A stretch of DNA of 63,923 nucleotides, the filler included. It is 8 parts of 8 records of this genome, joined end to end, with 100 filler letters (N's around TTAATTAATTAA, not from the genome) between each part and the next. Parts side by side here need not be neighbours in the genome. Positions count along the whole stretch, not along the records: positions 58,133 to 63,923 come from SRR31156797_22846; 7 more parts are not named here. One strand, 5' to 3'. The position numbers and the translations under genes are program-made. Positions 60,171 through 63,923 of the stretch are shown here, piece after piece. A model generated the notes under the pieces. That model saw nothing but the letters and a program-made list of their open reading frames with translations, made no database searches and was not told the origin of the DNA. How positions within the stretch are numbered: position 1 is the stretch's first letter; every line of letters starts with the position of its first letter.

Positions 60171-61346
60171 ATGTTACCCGAGTTTTATCAATTTCACCAC
60201 CCCACCAAAGTGATTTTCGGGGAAGGCTTGGTACACGATTTTGCCCATGAGTTGGAAGAATTGGGCGTTACAAACTATTTTATCGTATCGGATCAAGTTC
60301 TGAGCGGCCTTGGATTGATTGAGCCGATTAAAAAAGGGTTGGAAGAGGCCGGTTTCACCATCACAGGTGAATTCTATGATGTTCCCCAGGACGCTTCGGT
60401 GGAATCGGTGGAAAGCATCAGCCGCCAGGCAACGGCTAACTGTGCCGAGGGCTTGATTGCCATAGGCGGCGGTAGCGTTATTGATGCGACCAAAGCAGCC
60501 AATTTTACCTTTTCAGAGGGCGGTGATTTGATTGAGGACTACTCCGGGGCTGCCACGCTCACAAGATCTCTGAAGCCGTTTATCGTAATTCCAACCACAG
60601 CCGGAACAGGAAGTGAAAATACATTGGTGGCGGTGATCTACGATGTGGCCAACAAGACCAAACTGGCTTTTTCAGATAAGTATCTGCTACCGGACCTGGC
60701 GGTTCTGGATCCAGGGATGACCCAATCTCTACCACCCGGTTTAACGGCTTCCACCGGTATGGACGCCCTTACCCATGCCGTTGAATCCTATGTGGGGATT
60801 GACTCTTCACCCCACTCCGAAGCCCTGGCGGTTGAAGCTATCAAGCATATTTTCACCTATCTCGTACGGGCAACGGAAAAGGGAGATGACATCGAGGCCC
60901 GGGGGGGGATGCTCATCGCCGCCAATATGGCGGGCAGCTCTTTTTCACACTCCATGGTGGGGTGCGTTCATTCCATGGCCCATGCGGTGGGCGGCCTGAC
61001 CCGCGTGCCCCACGGTGTAGCCAATGCCATCTTGCTGCCCCACGGTATGGAGTACAATTATGAGGTGAGTAAGGATAAATTTGCAAAACTGGCGCCTGTG
61101 ATGGGGGTGGATGTAGCCGGTATATCGATTGACGAGGCTGCACGCGGGGCCATAGCGGCGGTCAGGGAACTCGTCCAACGGTTGAATGCACTGGGGGCAA
61201 TTCCGGTAAGGCTCAGAGATGCCGGCGTTTCCGAAGAGAGTTTGCCCGCCATTGCCGAAGCTGCAACGGAAGATGGAACGGTGATCTACAATCCTCGGGA
61301 AGTGGTGGCTGAAGAGATATTGATTCATCTGAAAAACGCATATTAG
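60171..61346 (+). CDS. Iron-containing alcohol dehydrogenase
   Basis: GGGSVID, PTTAGTGSE, GMDALTHAVE, HSMAH, PHGVAN. Confidence 0.93.
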   Translation: MLPEFYQFHHPTKVIFGEGLVHDFAHELEELGVTNYFIVSDQVLSGLGLIEPIKKGLEEAGFTITGEFYDVPQDASVESVESISRQATANCAEGLIAIGGGSVIDATKAANFTFSEGGDLIEDYSGAATLTRSLKPFIVIPTTAGTGSENTLVAVIYDVANKTKLAFSDKYLLPDLAVLDPGMTQSLPPGLTASTGMDALTHAVESYVGIDSSPHSEALAVEAIKHIFTYLVRATEKGDDIEARGGMLIAANMAGSSFSHSMVGCVHSMAHAVGGLTRVPHGVANAILLPHGMEYNYEVSKDKFAKLAPVMGVDVAGISIDEAARGAIAAVRELVQRLNALGAIPVRLRDAGVSEESLPAIAEAATEDGTVIYNPREVVAEEILIHLKNAY

Positions 61347-61415
61347 ACATAGTGGAAAACGCGAAGTCAATACAGCTGGCTTTTTGGCCTAACTTAAAGA
61401 GAGAAGGAATCACGC

Positions 61416-61829
61416 ATGAGTGTTTTTGAGAGCCATGATAAATTTAAGGAAGTGATCGTCGGTTTTTTCAACCTGCTTGGCGATACACCCCTGGTTGCGG
61501 ACAAATTAATGGCATCCAAAATGGTCATCCGATTTATCTATTCGGACCCGGATCTGGTTGTGGTTGTGGACTGCGCCGGTGATGCCGTGGATGTACGTCC
61601 GGATGACACGGAGACCAAGGCCCTTGTTGAAATGAGCATGAAGGCCGACATTGCCCATAAATTCTGGTTCGGGAAAGTCAATCTCACAATGGCATTGACC
61701 CGCAGGCAGATGGTTGCCAAGGGGCCAGTTCCAAAGATTTTGAAGCTTTTGCCGGCGATCAAGCCCAGCTATGCGATGTACCCCCGGTATTTGGATGAAA
61801 ACGGATATTCTCAGTATAATATTCACTAA
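61416..61829 (+). CDS. Stand-alone SCP2 sterol/lipid-binding domain protein
   Basis: MKADIAHKFWFGKVNLTMAL..MVAKGP..LKL SCP2-like pattern. Confidence 0.75.
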   Translation: MSVFESHDKFKEVIVGFFNLLGDTPLVADKLMASKMVIRFIYSDPDLVVVVDCAGDAVDVRPDDTETKALVEMSMKADIAHKFWFGKVNLTMALTRRQMVAKGPVPKILKLLPAIKPSYAMYPRYLDENGYSQYNIH

Positions 61830-61864
61830 ACCAAAAAAAATTTCAAATAAGGGAAACAGACAAA

Positions 61865-63784
61865 ATGGGTGGCTATGCCGGCAATCTTCTCTATGTCGAT
61901 CTGACAACCGGTCAGATCCAGATCAAGCCCCTTGATATGGCGTTCGCCAGGGAGAATATAGGTGGCCTTGGCTTCGGCACCCGCATCTTTCTGGAGTTGA
62001 TCAAAAACAAACCCCGGTTTGATGCTTTGTCCGCCGACAACCCCTTTGTCCTGATGACCGGTCCCTTGACCGGGTGCGGTATGGATGCCACGGCACGATG
62101 GTCCGTCTGTTCGAAGTCTCCCCTGACCGGTTATTGGGGGGATGCCAATGTGGGGGGGCATTTCGGATCGCGATTAAAGCTGGCCGGCTACGACGGAATC
62201 GTTCTTACAGGGGCGGCCGAAAAACCCGTCTATCTTTATATCAACGACCAAAGGGTTGAGCTGCGGGACGCCTCCGACTATTGGGGCAAGGATGTCTACG
62301 CCACCACCGACGGGTTGACCAAAGGTCTAAGGGATCAATCGCCTAAACCGGGGCAGGTGCTGACCATCGGGCCGTCCGGTGAAAATCGGGTCCGGTTTGC
62401 CAACCTGATCAACAAAAAAGGGCATGCGGCCGGTCGAACCGGGCTCGGGGCCGTTTGGGGTGCTAAAAAATTAAAAGCCATTTATGTGGCAGGAAGTGGC
62501 AAGATCGGTATCGCCCACCCGGGGAAGGTAAAGGCGCTGCGCAAAGAACTAAAAGAGATTTATGACGAGAGCATCTATATCAGCTCTATCCGATTGGCGG
62601 GGACCCCCGCTCACCTGGATGTCGGCATTATCTCCGGTGATATTCCCATTAAAAACTGGCAGATGAGCGATTGGGAGGATATTGACAAACTGGGGCCCGC
62701 ATTCATCGAAGAGAAGATTCATGCCGGTGGGCGCACCTGCTATGGATGCACGGTGGCGTGTAAAAAAAATGCCCAGGTAAAAACAGGCCCCTATAAAACT
62801 GAAAAGGGCGCCGCCCCGGAATATGAAACCGTTGCCGCTTTCGGGACCCTTTGCTTAAACGCAGATATTGAATCCGTGGCCAAGGCCAATGAAATCTGCA
62901 ATCGTTATGGTCTGGATACAATCTCCTGCGGGGCAACCATCGCCTTTGCCATTGAATGCTATGAGAACGGTTTGCTCACCTCTACTGAGACCGATGGGCT
63001 TGAACTGCGCTGGGGAAACTCGGCGGCTATTGTAGCCATGGCAGAAAAGATCGCGAAAAACGAGGGATTCGGTGCGATCCTTGCGCAGGGCAGTGTCAAG
63101 GCCGCGGAACACATTGGTAACGGCGCCGACCAGTACCTGACTGCCGTCAAAGGCCTTGAAGCCCCCATGCATGATCCCCGAAATGCACATGGCTTCGGGT
63201 TGGCCTTCGGTGTTTCCCCACGTGGTGCTTGCCACGAGGCGAGCCTGGTCTTTGAAGTCGAAGGCGGTGCCATGTATATTCCGGAACTTCCCGATTTGGC
63301 CGAGGATCTGCCTGAGGGAAGTCAAGGGCGGGCCCGACTGAATGTGGCCTGCCAGGACTACGGAATGTTTTTTTCCCATTGCGCCATTTTTTGCAATCTG
63401 GGCGCTGCCCCCCTCAATGCTACCCAAGCCGTTGCCATGCTGAACCATGTGACCGGATTTGACTACACCCTGGAAGAGGTGATGGAAATCGGCCGCAGGG
63501 TCTGGTATCTCAAACGCGGCTTGACCAATTTGTTCGGTGCCCGGGCAAAAGACGATCGTCTGCCTGCAAGATTGATGACTCCCATGCGTGAAGGCCCCAC
63601 CCAAGGCAGTGTCCCTGACATGGAGTTGATGTTGCAAGAGTTTTATAAGCTGCGGGGGTTCAATGAAAACGGCCTGCCTCAAGAAGCCGTTTTACGGGAT
63701 TTGGACTTGGCGGAACTGGCAGATCTTCTTTATCCCGAATCCGGACAACAGAGCGGCATAAAAAATGGAGGGCCAACCCCCTAA
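61865..63784 (+). CDS. Aldehyde:ferredoxin oxidoreductase (W/Mo-pterin AOR family)
   Basis: KSPLTG, AAGRTGLGAV, CYGCTVAC, EYET, GLDTIS, HDPR, RGACH. Confidence 0.93.
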   Translation: MGGYAGNLLYVDLTTGQIQIKPLDMAFARENIGGLGFGTRIFLELIKNKPRFDALSADNPFVLMTGPLTGCGMDATARWSVCSKSPLTGYWGDANVGGHFGSRLKLAGYDGIVLTGAAEKPVYLYINDQRVELRDASDYWGKDVYATTDGLTKGLRDQSPKPGQVLTIGPSGENRVRFANLINKKGHAAGRTGLGAVWGAKKLKAIYVAGSGKIGIAHPGKVKALRKELKEIYDESIYISSIRLAGTPAHLDVGIISGDIPIKNWQMSDWEDIDKLGPAFIEEKIHAGGRTCYGCTVACKKNAQVKTGPYKTEKGAAPEYETVAAFGTLCLNADIESVAKANEICNRYGLDTISCGATIAFAIECYENGLLTSTETDGLELRWGNSAAIVAMAEKIAKNEGFGAILAQGSVKAAEHIGNGADQYLTAVKGLEAPMHDPRNAHGFGLAFGVSPRGACHEASLVFEVEGGAMYIPELPDLAEDLPEGSQGRARLNVACQDYGMFFSHCAIFCNLGAAPLNATQAVAMLNHVTGFDYTLEEVMEIGRRVWYLKRGLTNLFGARAKDDRLPARLMTPMREGPTQGSVPDMELMLQEFYKLRGFNENGLPQEAVLRDLDLAELADLLYPESGQQSGIKNGGPTP

Positions 63785-63923
63785 CGGCGTTTGGCGCCCG
63801 GCGAGTGATCTGTACTTTTTAAAAGAAAATGAAACGCTATTTCAACGGCAGTTCGTGTGAAGGGTAGAGATTTTTTATCCACCTTGTCAGACCTCTTAGG
63901 AACGGAGATGAAATAAATTCCCC

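Noticed and set aside
1-63923. CRISPR arrays, tRNA/rRNA genes, transposases, phage or defence genes
   Set aside because: No regularly spaced direct repeats or recognisable motifs were seen by eye; small RNAs could still be missed without a covariance-model search.

Overview
This window is not one locus. It is eight unrelated contigs joined by seven 100-nt artificial spacers (N-runs around TTAATTAATTAA), so gene context is only valid within a contig. Taxonomic labels below are inferences from GC content, gene content and promoter style. Contig 1 (1-6275, GC-rich, probably spirochaete): ATL/MGMT fragment, aroA, ltaE, a DHH-CBS protein, htpG. Contig 2 (6376-14142, similar composition): GGDEF fragment, ptsP, Rrf2 regulator, a UroD/MtaA-like protein fused to a thioredoxin-like domain, CobW GTPase, small beta-barrel, ArsR, cobB, and the start of a heavy-metal ATPase with a perfect 17-2-17 operator. 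Contig 3 (14243-21370, AT-rich Bacteroidota): two multi-PAS histidine kinases. Contig 4 (21471-32493, Bacteroidota): housekeeping genes plus a structured intergenic element. Contig 5 (32594-39092, Desulfobacterota-like): EAL fragment, a sigma54-driven chemoreceptor-like gene lacking its signalling tip, CaCA antiporter, TetR, acyl-CoA synthetase, lipoprotein. Contig 6 (39193-45098): prfA-prmC-murA-OYE-dNK-panC-metK. Contig 7 (45199-58032, Bacteroidota): cstA behind a tandemly duplicated sensor kinase/NarL pair, peptidases, SulP. Contig 8 (58133-63923): a co-directional cluster of an acyl-ACP-reductase-like C-terminus, an alpha/beta hydrolase, Fe-ADH, stand-alone SCP2 and aldehyde:ferredoxin oxidoreductase, the best candidate for an undescribed anaerobic long-chain lipid redox system. 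No CRISPR array, rRNA, tRNA or transposase was recognised.
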